From: Monocercomonoides exilis PA203
Taxonomy: Eukaryota > Protista > Preaxostyla
DNA: 64,000 nt
Reading direction: 5' to 3'
NCBI GenBank assembly: GCA_001643675.2
Contig: LSRY02000024.1
Coordinates: 558,001-622,000, forward strand
Of this stretch, positions 13,341 through 24,379 are shown in pieces. Numbering within the stretch: position 1 is the first letter of the stretch; every line of letters begins with the position of its first letter. Below the pieces are notes generated by a model. That model was not told the DNA's origin. It made no database searches and was given only the letters and a program-made list of their open reading frames with translations. A program made the position numbers and the translations under genes.

Positions 13341-16300
13341 TTATTCGTAGTCATCAATTATCTTTGACAAAGTATTCTTCACATCAGTTAATGAGGGTCT
13401 GTCATTTGGCTCATCCACCCACATCCTCTCTATCAAGTCAACAAATTCTTCTCCTTCGATTCCTTCTGCCAAAGGCCGCACCCCATCTCTCATCATTTCA
13501 TGTGCTTCTTCTGCATCGAATTCACTCAGTGGCACTTCTCCTGTTGTAGTTTCCAAAAGCATCAGTCCAAGTGTGAAAACAATAGCCTTTTCTATTCCAT
13601 AATTTCCCACTTCTGGTGCACTCCATCGCTTCGCTTCTTCCTTCTCCTTTTCATCCTTTATTTTTTCTGCTAAAACAAACATTTCATTATTTCCATCCTC
13701 AACAAAAATTGAATATGGACACAATTGTTTCCCCATCATTCCCACCCTTTCGTCTCCAACTGAAATCAAATGCTCAAACAGCTCTGCCACTGCCAAAACC
13801 ACCTCCTTCCCATCAACAACATTCATAGCTCTTGTTCCCAATGTGAAATCCCCCTCAACCGAATGAATCACAGAGTGCAATGTTTTCAGGTTCTTTTTCT
13901 CCTTCTCTCGAAATGGCTTTTTCGTTGAAATAACTTTGAATAAACGAGACATGGGAATTGCGTTTGATCTCAAATTCATTGAAGATAAAGCATATTCTTC
14001 ATATGATTGTAATCCTTTTTCATCAATTTCTTCGTCAATTTCTTCGTCAATTTCTTCGTCAATTTCTTCGTCAATTTCTTCAAACTGAAATAGCTCTTCC
14101 TCCTCAATAAGCTGCGGAATTTGAGTTGTCATTCCTTCAAGTAACGTTGCAGGCATATCGCTCATCTCAAAGTTCGATCCCTCCTGTGAGTCTCTCCTTT
14201 CATGCTCTTTTGATGTATATGAACTGTCTCTTTCATTTTCCTTCATCCTTTTTTCTGTTTCTGAAAGTCTCTTACGGAGCATCACAATTACTACAATAAA
14301 TACAACCATAAGAACCACAGCAATAACAACACATAGAATAAATGCAGTCAGACTCCACTCCGATTTGTTCTCTCCTTGTGTAACCTTTTCATTTCCATTT
14401 TCACTGCTTTCGCTCTTGTTCTTCAAAATAATCTGCTCCGTCGATAATGGTGAATCAGCATTTCCAAACAAAATTTTCACAGATATTTCTGTCTCATCTC
14501 CTGCTTTTCTGAAAAGCTCTGTATCAATCACCCCTACAACTGCATTTTCTGATTCAAAGTCCGATTCTTCGAAGTTGAATGTTTCAATCAATTCCTCTTC
14601 ACCTTCTTTGAATAAGATGGAAAATGACAAGTTGCAAGGTAGTAGAAGCGATCCTTCAAATCGGAGGTTTGTATTTGTTCCATTCTCTTCGCTTTTCACG
14701 TTTTTCAGCACAGGAATGAACAACGAAGATGGCCTCTGCTCGGTTATTCCAGACAGTGCGCAGCCATTGTCAAGAATCCACAGAGATGAATTTGATAAGA
14801 CTCCGTCCCCTCCTTTCAAGCTCACGACGCTCAGTGATCCTGAATCCGAGCAGAAAATATTTCTTCGTGCCGAAGGATAGTTTGGAATAAAAGGGTTGTT
14901 ATCCGCAAACTCATCCTTTTCGACTTTCACACTTCCTCCGCTAACAGACATCCCTCCTTCTGAGGATTCCGATAGTGTTGAATCTCTCACAATTGCGTTA
15001 CTCTTGTTCAGATACAAAACAGAACCATTCCAATAGCACAGCTCATTTCCATCTCTTTCCAAACCTCTGCTTCTGTAATTTTTGTTCTTCAGGTTTCTCT
15101 CATTTTTCTTCCCCACAAGCGAGCACGAACTGATAAGCACATTTTCGCACGCGCTACACGAAACCGCCTTTTCTTTCCCTGTAATCATATGATATCCGCA
15201 AAATGAACAGTTTTGAAGATGAATTTTTGATTTACACAAGTCACAAGATATTCCGTATGTGCCTTCTTCTTTGCTGATATTCTTAACAACCACCAAAGAA
15301 ACATTTGCATCTCCGTTTTCTAATTTATGCATGTACATCCAGCTTCCAACTTTCAAGCTCACCTCCTCTATTTCGTTCTTTTCCACGTGAACATTCTTAC
15401 ATTCACTGCACTCAATTATATTTGCTTCTGCATCCACTTTTGCAAATTTCACATCTGTCAAGCTCACTTCTTCGACTCCTTCAAAAATGAACATTGAGAA
15501 ATGAATCAAGATCATACAAACTTCGCAACGTTTAATTTCAACATTTCCACCTTCTTCTCTCACGAGGCAAAAAGGAATATCTGCATTGTTATTTGTATTT
15601 GAGCATTCGCTTTGGCAGAATTTCATTGAAAGCAATTTCAGCTTTCCTCCCTTTCCATGGATCAAACATTCGTGCTGACTTTTCAGATTTTCTCCAAATC
15701 GAAAGTGAATTCCTTCAAAAGCAACGCTTGCTTCAGCTGATATCAAATCGGTCATTTCCCCTTCGATCTTTCCATCAATCTCAACATCCGCACTTCCATC
15801 AATGCCAAATGCCTTGACAATCACTTTCTCCAATTTCACATCCTCCTTCAAACTCGTTTTCTGCTTCACAACTATCTGCGAATATTCACTTGAAAAAGCA
15901 TGTCGTGCTCCTTCGCTCAAAGATGCACATGGAATAATGGAATTCCCGCATTGTCTTGAATCCGAACTGTTTTCCATCAAACTAGACACAAATATTACCT
16001 CGTTTCGATACTCTGTAATTTTTAACAGCAGATCTTCTTCATTCTCATAGCATTCTTCCTCGCAACCCCATATTGCCAATTCCTTTACGAATGGTGCTTC
16101 AAAATCCAAGTCAAACTGCTCTTCTCCAATTTGTACTCCAACATTTTGACAGCTTACATAAATATCTCTCCCGCGATAAGCTTTGTTCCCAAGTAATATT
16201 ACTCTCGATACTAAAAACGGTAATTTCGTTAAATTTTCATAACCCCCTTTCAAATATATTCCTCCTCCTCTTCCAATTGATGCGCAATAGCATTTCAATA

Positions 16301-19300
16301 TTGCAGAATCCACACACTCCATTTTCCCTGCTTCGCTCAGAAGGAATAGCATTCCTCCCCCTTTCCTTGATAAGCTTGACCCACACTCTTCAATTGTGGA
16401 GTTCTCTATTCTCATTCTAACTTCAGTTCTGCATTGATGCTCAACAATAGATGGACATTCTGCTCCATTTTGCTCAATCCTTTCTATTATACTCCCGACA
16501 ACTTTCACATTCCACTCATTCTCTTTGCTTCTATCAATCTGCACCTCCTCTTGTTCCTCCTTAATAACAATTCCGCTTTTCATTTCCAGAGTTATATTTT
16601 TGATAGACGAATTGAAAAGCTCAACTATTGCATTTGGCGTAAGAACAAACAGTTCTTTCCGTGCATCAAGATCAATTATTCTTGAGCTATCAATTTCAAT
16701 TGATCCAGAAAATGCTTTAATCAGCACATAGCAAATTCGATGACTTTCATTGCTTCCAGATACAAAACTGCTCCCATTTAACTTCAAAATTCCATCGTTT
16801 GCGTCAACAAAAATAAGTGTATCTGCTCGATTATCAAAATCAGTGGGAATTTGCATTTCCATATTTTCAAATGTTGCATTTCCACAGCACTTAATAACAT
16901 CAAATTCAGATCCACTCATTTCTGATGAAAACAAAATAATTCCTTCGCTTCCATCTGTCGGTCGAACTATTATCGTTCCTTCCAGAATCACTTCCTTCCT
17001 CGTGTTGGCATAGCCTTTTACAATCATAGCCTTTTCTGCCTCTTTTTCTGCCCTTTTAAGCGCTTGCTCAATTGTTGCACATGGATATTCTTCGAAACCA
17101 CATACAGAAAAATCACCGCTGTCCATCCCTCCAACGAAAACCTCTGTTGATAAATTTGACCAAAAATATAAAACAAGTGGAATTAAATAATTCGATCCTG
17201 TTGTTCCTCTCTCCCATCCACACAAGCTCGTAGTGTCTTTCACATCAAAAGAGAATCCCAGACTCCTCGGATTGATCACTCGCAAAAGATCTTCTGAACT
17301 CACAAGCACATACTCCCCATCTTTAGCTGTGCATCCTTCAAATCTTACATCTTTCATCGCAAATTCATCAGTGTTTCCTTCCAACTGTAAAAATATCCCC
17401 CCGCCATGCCCAAAATTCCCATTTCCCCTATCCGCTGCTCTGCAGTTCTTCAGTACAGCCTCACTCAATCTTCCTGAATCAACAACGAGTTGTGATCCTT
17501 CCTTCATCCTAATCCAAAACCCTCCTCCGTTTCCATTGTCGCACGCACAATTCTCAACTCTCACCCCTTCCATATCAAGCGTCCCTCCTTCCTCCATAAT
17601 GCATTCCACTGCTCCTCCATTCTTTTGAAAACCACTAAATCCCCGTATACTACTTTCCATAATGGTGATATCCTTTGAGTTAGTTGCACATAACATGCAA
17701 AAAGACGCAATATTACCTGACTGCCTCACATTATCCCCGTAAAAATCACATCGATTCAAGCAAATAGACGCTCCGTTCCCAACCTTGATAACCTCCCCAT
17801 CTGCAACTGATGTAACATGTGATATTACAAATCTATTAATCATTCCTAGTGTATCAGTCCCTTCTAGAAAAATAAACGGGCGACCTGCAAGTGTTAGGGA
17901 CCACATAGAAAAATACGAAATTGTGAGCTTCCCTTGAATTGCTTCCACAAATTCACACAAAAGCTCAGCTCCTGCTTCCTCCTGATCAGCAGAGCAGCTT
18001 TCCAAATAGAGCTCCGATAATACCAATGAAATAACAGCCCTATGAGCTTCCATTCTTGAGGGAAGCAAGAATAACAATTTGCTCATTTTTGTTTCAATCC
18101 CAACCTCAATCAATGATTGTTGCATTCCATTAATATCATCTCTGATAATCATTCCACTTTCTTCATTTCCACCTTGTATTGTACTTTTGCCTGTCAATAA
18201 AGTTAATTCATCGTCCATCAATATCATTCCTCTAACTGAAATCTTTTTTCCCTCTTCTTGCTTCATTAAAGAATGCTTCAGAGTCAGGCAGGGAAACTCA
18301 TCAAATCCACAGTGAGAATGATCAAATGCATCATCGTTGCTCACAACAATCTCTTCTGGCAAAGGAATCAAATAAACGCACAACGGTATGAAGACGCTCT
18401 CATTCGCTCCATCAAATCCGCGTATCTTATACATGGTTTCGTTCGAAGCTCCAAGAGCAGTTATTCTCCCCCTTTTTGCTGTTGACTCAAGGTCACTTGA
18501 ATGCACAAATAAATCACTCCCCCACTTGGCTTCATTCCTGCTGAATGCTACGTTTCTAATATTAATTGCATCTACTTCCGCTATCTTCAAAAACAGACCT
18601 CCACCACTCCCTGAAGTTGTTGAAGCAAAGCAGCTCGTAACCTCTCCTTCACGTAACTCCATCATTCCTCCGTTCCAAACATCCATCTCTATAGCACCTC
18701 CTTTTCTTGATTTTGAACACCCACATCTCTCAATTGTGCAATTTATAATATCAAGATAACTTGAATTGCCTCTCAAAGTCGCAAGCGAGCTTCCGTCCGA
18801 TAATCTTACAACATCACTGAACTTGCAGTCAATCAATAATAAATCTGAAGGAACATTTGAAGAAATTATAATCAAACTTGTGCAACTTATAGTTCGATCC
18901 CATATCACTTTTTCCATATATATGTGTCCTTCGCATATTTTTACGAGTTCAGTTTGAATTAGAGAATCTTCAGAATGTCTCAAATTCATTGATACATTCG
19001 TTCTTCTCAAGTGAATACATCCTTTTCTTTTCACTTCAAACAATCTTGAATTTTGCCCTTTAATCATTGAGGAATTATGAACCACTTTCAGATCTTGCAT
19101 TTGTACCATTCCTCCATCAGCAGCCAAAAGGCAACAACCATTTTGTTCAAATCTCGTTTCGATAGTTGATCCAGAAGGAGAAATACCTTTCAAATAAACG
19201 CTCATATTTTCAATATGCACTCCTTTTGCTTCCAAGACCACTCCTTCAAGCACCCTCATTTCGTTAACATATTCAGAAATCAGTTGAGTCAAGCAATGAC

Positions 19301-20951
19301 TAATTGTCAGACATGCAAAAGTCTCGTTAATTCCACAGCTGAAAGAATCCTTCGCTTGGTTCTGAGTTGTTTTCGAGGAAACAAATCTGCATCCTCCTCT
19401 TCCATCATACAATTGATTACTTTTATCTCCTCCATTGTAGTAACTTTTATTCCGATATGTTGAATAACACTTTTCAAGTTCAACACTCGAACTGCTTCCC
19501 TCAGCATAAATATCTTTTCCTTGAGAGCAATTGTTATTATGAAAAAAGCAAAACGAGAATTGTGCAACTCTGCATTCCGACATGTGCAACATAACGCCAC
19601 CTCCATACGTATTTGCCGCACAACCACAAAATCTGCAGTTCTGAATGAAAACTCCAGCATATTGAATACGGTTAATCAAACCACCTCCATAGCTTGAAGA
19701 ATAGTTCCCACTGCAATTTACAAAGGCACAATCAACTAAAATATCATTTTCATGGGAAATATTACCAGAATAATAAATGTAGACACCACCACCTTCGCGT
19801 CTTGCAAATCCGTTTTCAAAAAGGCAATTTTCCATTGATTCTCTATTACATATCCTGTACAGGGATATGATTCCTCCTCTGTATCCCGATGAAGTGTCGC
19901 AGCAACAGTTTCTGAAAGTTGAATGCCTCACTGTACTTTCTCCTATGTTCATTGCAAAAATTGCTCCCCCTTCAGAAACAGCCTTACAGCTTTCAAAGGT
20001 TGAATTTTCAACAGTTAGAGTTGCATTCGAATTATCATGTATATAAATTGATCCTCCAAGATCGCCCAAGCATCCAATCCATTCGGAATTCATAAACTTT
20101 CGTGTTGTTGTTGTTGATACCCTGTCCGTGTTTTTTTCTTTAATATTCGCCCTTTTGTTAAAAATGAAAGTACAATTGTTGCATGCAAAGATTAGAGAGC
20201 CCTTTGTTACGCTCACAATTCCTCCTTCAAGTACATTCTCACAATGTCTAACAAAGCAATTTTCCATTTTACTTGTTTCTGAAGAAGCCACTAATTCAAA
20301 TTGCGAGCTTGTGCAACGTTTTTGAGTTATATTCCAAAAATGGCAATTATTCATTTGTTCCAGTGAGCATGAATCACTTAAAAATATGCCAAATGATTGT
20401 TGAACGACCCAGTTTGCCAAGGATATGGTGTCAAACATCAATTTAGAATTGCTTCCCAATGTTTCGATCAAAGGAGAGATCAAAGGAGATGAGCGACAAG
20501 ACAAGCTAAGATTACTGATCGCAACACAACTCTCAAATAATCTAATTGGTGACCCAGTGCTGAAACAATGAATTGAGCACATATTTAAGTTAATTTTCGA
20601 GGACAAATTGCTGCACACGAATTTTTGGACTGGTGAATTCCGAATAAAAGAAGTGAACCAAAATGAAGAAGATGAATTTGATATAACAAAGAAAGAATTC
20701 ACAACCGGTTTCTTTAGGTTGAATGAAGACAAATGGTTTTGATAGAATTTAAATTTGTGTGAAAATTTTTGGCCATCATTTTCTCTGAAGATTATTGGGT
20801 TAGCTCTGTATTGATTTTCGTGTTCGCTATAAAAAATGAATTTGGATGCATCCAAGTCGTTACTCAATGGATGTAAACTACATTCCGTTAAACAAAAGAT
20901 ATAAATGCATGCATAGAGATGCATTTCAAACATTAAAATATTCAATAACAT
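13341..20951 (-). CDS. Giant single-pass surface protein: pectin-lyase-like/Pmp-type beta-helix repeats, TM, degenerate kinase C-lobe (ORF open to 21077; likely start 20951 or 20924)
   Basis: Repeated GGAI/GGG(I/V) and FxxNxA motifs. Four D-x3-CG-x4/5-(P/A)C-x-(T/S)(I/L) modules. TM WSLTAFILCVVIAVVLMVVFIVVIVML-RKR at ~14270-14357. C-terminal RWSAPEV...VFTLGLMLLETTTGEVPL...RPSL. No introns are needed. Confidence 0.88.
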   Translation of the reverse strand: MLLNILMFEMHLYACIYIFCLTECSLHPLSNDLDASKFIFYSEHENQYRANPIIFRENDGQKFSHKFKFYQNHLSSFNLKKPVVNSFFVISNSSSSFWFTSFIRNSPVQKFVCSNLSSKINLNMCSIHCFSTGSPIRLFESCVAISNLSLSCRSSPLISPLIETLGSNSKLMFDTISLANWVVQQSFGIFLSDSCSLEQMNNCHFWNITQKRCTSSQFELVASSETSKMENCFVRHCENVLEGGIVSVTKGSLIFACNNCTFIFNKRANIKEKNTDRVSTTTTRKFMNSEWIGCLGDLGGSIYIHDNSNATLTVENSTFESCKAVSEGGAIFAMNIGESTVRHSTFRNCCCDTSSGYRGGIISLYRICNRESMENCLFENGFARREGGGVYIYYSGNISHENDILVDCAFVNCSGNYSSSYGGGLINRIQYAGVFIQNCRFCGCAANTYGGGVMLHMSECRVAQFSFCFFHNNNCSQGKDIYAEGSSSSVELEKCYSTYRNKSYYNGGDKSNQLYDGRGGCRFVSSKTTQNQAKDSFSCGINETFACLTISHCLTQLISEYVNEMRVLEGVVLEAKGVHIENMSVYLKGISPSGSTIETRFEQNGCCLLAADGGMVQMQDLKVVHNSSMIKGQNSRLFEVKRKGCIHLRRTNVSMNLRHSEDSLIQTELVKICEGHIYMEKVIWDRTISCTSLIIISSNVPSDLLLIDCKFSDVVRLSDGSSLATLRGNSSYLDIINCTIERCGCSKSRKGGAIEMDVWNGGMMELREGEVTSCFASTTSGSGGGLFLKIAEVDAINIRNVAFSRNEAKWGSDLFVHSSDLESTAKRGRITALGASNETMYKIRGFDGANESVFIPLCVYLIPLPEEIVVSNDDAFDHSHCGFDEFPCLTLKHSLMKQEEGKKISVRGMILMDDELTLLTGKSTIQGGNEESGMIIRDDINGMQQSLIEVGIETKMSKLLFLLPSRMEAHRAVISLVLSELYLESCSADQEEAGAELLCEFVEAIQGKLTISYFSMWSLTLAGRPFIFLEGTDTLGMINRFVISHVTSVADGEVIKVGNGASICLNRCDFYGDNVRQSGNIASFCMLCATNSKDITIMESSIRGFSGFQKNGGAVECIMEEGGTLDMEGVRVENCACDNGNGGGFWIRMKEGSQLVVDSGRLSEAVLKNCRAADRGNGNFGHGGGIFLQLEGNTDEFAMKDVRFEGCTAKDGEYVLVSSEDLLRVINPRSLGFSFDVKDTTSLCGWERGTTGSNYLIPLVLYFWSNLSTEVFVGGMDSGDFSVCGFEEYPCATIEQALKRAEKEAEKAMIVKGYANTRKEVILEGTIIVRPTDGSEGIILFSSEMSGSEFDVIKCCGNATFENMEMQIPTDFDNRADTLIFVDANDGILKLNGSSFVSGSNESHRICYVLIKAFSGSIEIDSSRIIDLDARKELFVLTPNAIVELFNSSIKNITLEMKSGIVIKEEQEEVQIDRSKENEWNVKVVGSIIERIEQNGAECPSIVEHQCRTEVRMRIENSTIEECGSSLSRKGGGMLFLLSEAGKMECVDSAILKCYCASIGRGGGIYLKGGYENLTKLPFLVSRVILLGNKAYRGRDIYVSCQNVGVQIGEEQFDLDFEAPFVKELAIWGCEEECYENEEDLLLKITEYRNEVIFVSSLMENSSDSRQCGNSIIPCASLSEGARHAFSSEYSQIVVKQKTSLKEDVKLEKVIVKAFGIDGSADVEIDGKIEGEMTDLISAEASVAFEGIHFRFGENLKSQHECLIHGKGGKLKLLSMKFCQSECSNTNNNADIPFCLVREEGGNVEIKRCEVCMILIHFSMFIFEGVEEVSLTDVKFAKVDAEANIIECSECKNVHVEKNEIEEVSLKVGSWMYMHKLENGDANVSLVVVKNISKEEGTYGISCDLCKSKIHLQNCSFCGYHMITGKEKAVSCSACENVLISSCSLVGKKNERNLKNKNYRSRGLERDGNELCYWNGSVLYLNKSNAIVRDSTLSESSEGGMSVSGGSVKVEKDEFADNNPFIPNYPSARRNIFCSDSGSLSVVSLKGGDGVLSNSSLWILDNGCALSGITEQRPSSLFIPVLKNVKSEENGTNTNLRFEGSLLLPCNLSFSILFKEGEEELIETFNFEESDFESENAVVGVIDTELFRKAGDETEISVKILFGNADSPLSTEQIILKNKSESSENGNEKVTQGENKSEWSLTAFILCVVIAVVLMVVFIVVIVMLRKRLSETEKRMKENERDSSYTSKEHERRDSQEGSNFEMSDMPATLLEGMTTQIPQLIEEEELFQFEEIDEEIDEEIDEEIDEEIDEKGLQSYEEYALSSMNLRSNAIPMSRLFKVISTKKPFREKEKKNLKTLHSVIHSVEGDFTLGTRAMNVVDGKEVVLAVAELFEHLISVGDERVGMMGKQLCPYSIFVEDGNNEMFVLAEKIKDEKEKEEAKRWSAPEVGNYGIEKAIVFTLGLMLLETTTGEVPLSEFDAEEAHEMMRDGVRPLAEGIEGEEFVDLIERMWVDEPNDRPSLTDVKNTLSKIIDDYE
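14022..14081 (-). repeat. 12-nt coding tandem repeat x5 encoding (EEID)5
   Basis: Direct repeat in the cytoplasmic juxtamembrane linker. Confidence 0.9.
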
Positions 20952-21779
20952 GCAAAATTGAAGCTTTATGACAAGATGCCGAAAGAATAATTTATTATGG
21001 CAAATGTAATTTTTATAAAAAACAAAGAGATTTGAAAGAAAAATAAATGAGAATTTTTTATTAATATAATTTAACATGTTTCACTTTGTGACAATTGACA
21101 GACAAAATTGGTTTCCTGACGGACTGAGAGAGAATTTTTATGTCAGAACCTCAATTGTGAAAACAAAAATTTTTGATGCTTATATTGTTATATATTTATA
21201 CAAACACGCAAAGAATAAAAATATTATTTTCAAAAAGGATATAGGCAAAAATAAACATCTTAGTCACATGCCTTCTGACGTGAACATTTTTCGAGTGACG
21301 TGACGTGACAGGAAAAAATATCATTTACTCATTTAAAATATAAATTTAGAAATTTAAAAATAGAAATGCAAAGAAAAATTGATATATATTTTAATTTTAT
21401 TTAATATAATTTAGTGTGTCAAAACAATATTAATTTTTTTTTTTTTTTTTTGTTGTTCATGATATATTCAACAAAATGAACAATTGGTTGTGTCGCGATC
21501 TTTTTTTTGTGGTATAAATACCACGTCACTGACGTCACTGTCTGTCACTGATATTATAAAACTCAATGTCATTTTTTAAAATGGTTGTGTTTTTCAAATG
21601 AAAAATAGTAATTTGAAAAGTTACTGATTCTCCAAAGTCAAACAATAATTTGTATGTAAATTTATTTTTTAATTATTCAATTTTTGACACGACTTTTTTT
21701 CATTCATTTGAATTTCAAAAGCCTAATCCTTTTTTGAAATGTATTTAACTATTGAGATACATATAAGACACATAAACAA

Positions 21780-22860
21780 TTGTTGAAGTTCAGATACTGA
21801 GTTTCAGATTCAAACAAGTGTACGGGGGAAATTTTGTGTGCTGTTGGGTGCGCAGAAAATGGGTTTTTCAATTTCATCGATGTGCAGATGGGCGACTGTG
21901 CAGGACACAAAAAGCTGCGACTGCCGCTGGGGCTGGGGATGCACAGGCAAAGCTTTGTGTGGAACTCGGGGGCTGCGGGAAGTGAAATGTTTGTGGAGTG
22001 CCTAAACATATGCCAGCAGGTGCGCAACTTGGAATTCACATTGACGAGCGAGCGGCTTGAAGAAGCGAGCGTGTGCGAGATAAGAGGGTGCGATGGTCTT
22101 GTAGGGTGCAGAGCGGGAGAGTAGGTGGATCTGTTTGAGGTAATCAGGTTCCAGTGGGAGAGGGAGTTGTTTGCATCTTCAATGGCGGAAGGCGGACATA
22201 GCAGCGGATGAGCTGGTCGCTGGAGGTAGAGGTGGAGCATCTGCGCAACGAGGCTGAGAAGACACTGCATGCTGTGACATATCTTCTGATATTTGTTGAA
22301 GAGAGTTTGATGCTGTGGACGCAGAGGAAGAGACTGCTTGTTGTTTAAAAGTGCGAGGTGAGTGGGATTGTTCAGAGCCAGAGCGAACTGGATGTGATCT
22401 GGAGCGGAGTGCATGAGTGGATAAAAAGAGTGTGGGTGTAGCCTGTGTATGCTTTCTACCATGCAGAGCTGTTTGATAGTCAGTGGGAGGCATATGCAAC
22501 TGAAGATTGGGGGGAGGGAGCTTGTGCAGAGTTTTTTCACTTCATAACACTTATTCGCGGGGCAGATAAGGAAGAGCGTGTGAGGACATACAAGTTTAAT
22601 AACACAGGAAAGATCACCTAGCTGTGGGGGAACAGGAGGATAGGCTGGAAGGTGATTGAGTAGAACTGGGCTGAAGAGGATACGCTGCACAGGCTGTGTA
22701 TTCGAGAGAGGAGCGGACTGCGGAGTTGCGGGCAGGTGGGGAAGGAGAATAGTGAAGTTCAGTAGAGGTGCAAGATAAAGGTGAGTTCGATGCAACAGGA
22801 ACGATTGTACTGAAGTGGAAAGGTGAAGTGGTACACTGGAGGCAGAGTCGGAGTTTGGAG
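21780..22860 (+). pseudogene. Decayed GC-rich coding island, unknown family
   Basis: About 50% GC block in very AT-rich DNA with G-ending codon bias (CTG/GTG/GAG) on +. Protein-like translation is interrupted by stops and at least one frame change. Confidence 0.45.
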
Positions 22861-23674
22861 AAGAGAAGGAAAAAGAAGAAGAAGAGGAGGAGGAAGGAGA
22901 GAAAGAAAAAGAAGAAAAAGAAAGAGAAGGAAGATAAAGATAAAGATAAAGAAAGATGAGGAAAATCAAAAATGTTGAAAAGAATCAATTTGATGGGCAC
23001 AAACTCTTCGTTTTCACAAAGAAATAAGCTATCAGAAAGGAGAAGAGCAACATTCAAATGAAAAAACAAAGAAAAATTTACAAAGACTTAAATCAATATG
23101 AACAAAAATACAAATAGAATTTTTTTTTGCATTTTAATAATAAAGTGTTTTGATTTTTATTCAAGGATAATAATTATCTCATGTCAATTTTTTTAAAAGA
23201 CGATATGATAAATGATTTTTTTGTGAAAATAAACAATTGTTAAATTCAAAAGAATAAGTGATATTTTGTTTGTTTAAAAAAACATTATTGAAATCATGAA
23301 AGTTAAATCATTTTTAGAAAAAACGAATTGAACAAAAATAAACAATCAAGTTCTATTCTTTACGAAAATAAACAATAATGAATATATGATATTGAAAACA
23401 ATACTCCAAAAACATTATCAATCATATGGAAGGATACTATTGTTGCTTCACAGTGCATGTTGTGACTGCTCTCATCGCGGAAAATAGAAATGAAATAAAA
23501 TAAAATTTAATAAAGGTTCACTGGTTAAAAATTGACATCACTAATTTTTTAAGATATATTCTTAAACATTGAAAAGGATTTTATGATTGATAAATTATTA
23601 TTAAAAAAAACTTGTTACAAACAAAAAAAAATTTCAAAAAAAAATTTAAAAAAAAAATTTCAAAAAAAAAAAAA

Positions 23675-23880
23675 GTGCCGGGCACTGACTTACGCGAGCT
23701 CACCTTTTTCAAGGTGACGCAGATGTTTACGCAAAAAGTCAAATTTGAAATTTTTTTGGTCAATGGACCATCAGATAAATCAGTGATTGTCTATGGAGTC
23801 AGTGAAGTCGTGAACCAAATCCGGGAAAGGAACGAAACGCGGGAATGTCAAATCCATGGAGTAGTTGGGTGATTATTTTT
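23675..23880. ncRNA. Candidate structured RNA or element end (unassigned)
   Basis: GC-rich island with nested stems, including a 7-bp stem with a GAAA loop on the minus strand (23700-23717) and a terminal hairpin followed by 13 T on minus. Confidence 0.3.
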
Positions 23881-24379
23881 GACATTATTTTATTTTTTTT
23901 CAAAAATTTCGGTTCGAAAATTTCCCATGAATGTCAATAAAAAAGCACTGAAAAATAAAGATGACAATGAGAAATGTTTTCATCTTTATTTGAGCTTACA
24001 CATATATTTTTAAAGCAGTTGCGAAATTTTTAACGTTTGATTAAAACATCTCTTTCCAGTGACAAAAAAACTTTTAAAAACCATCACCTTGAAAAAAATT
24101 ATGATTTCAAAAACAATAACTTTGTTTTTGAACAATTGATTCCACTTCAATGTTTCAAGAATATTGAACAAAAAATAAATAAATAAATAAGTGAGACAAA
24201 ATTTTTCTCTTCATGCATTTTCATAGAAAAATTATGCACTTTTCATTGACTTTTTTGTATCAAAAAACTCAATAAAAATAGATCCATTTTTTGACATTCT
24301 TGAAATGTTGGAAATTTTTTTGTTTTGATTTCAACAATTCCTTTTTACGGATATAAAAATCAAATATTTTTTTGAAATC

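Noticed and set aside
21749-22969. 406-aa minus-strand ORF as a confident gene
   Set aside because: Its His/Leu/Pro/Ser-rich composition is what antisense reading of GTG/GAG/CTG-rich codons gives, and it has no domain signal. Kept only as a caveat in the findings.
23755-23780. Hammerhead ribozyme (CUGAUG...stem) on minus strand
   Set aside because: Lacks the CUGANGA and GAAA core in the right arrangement.
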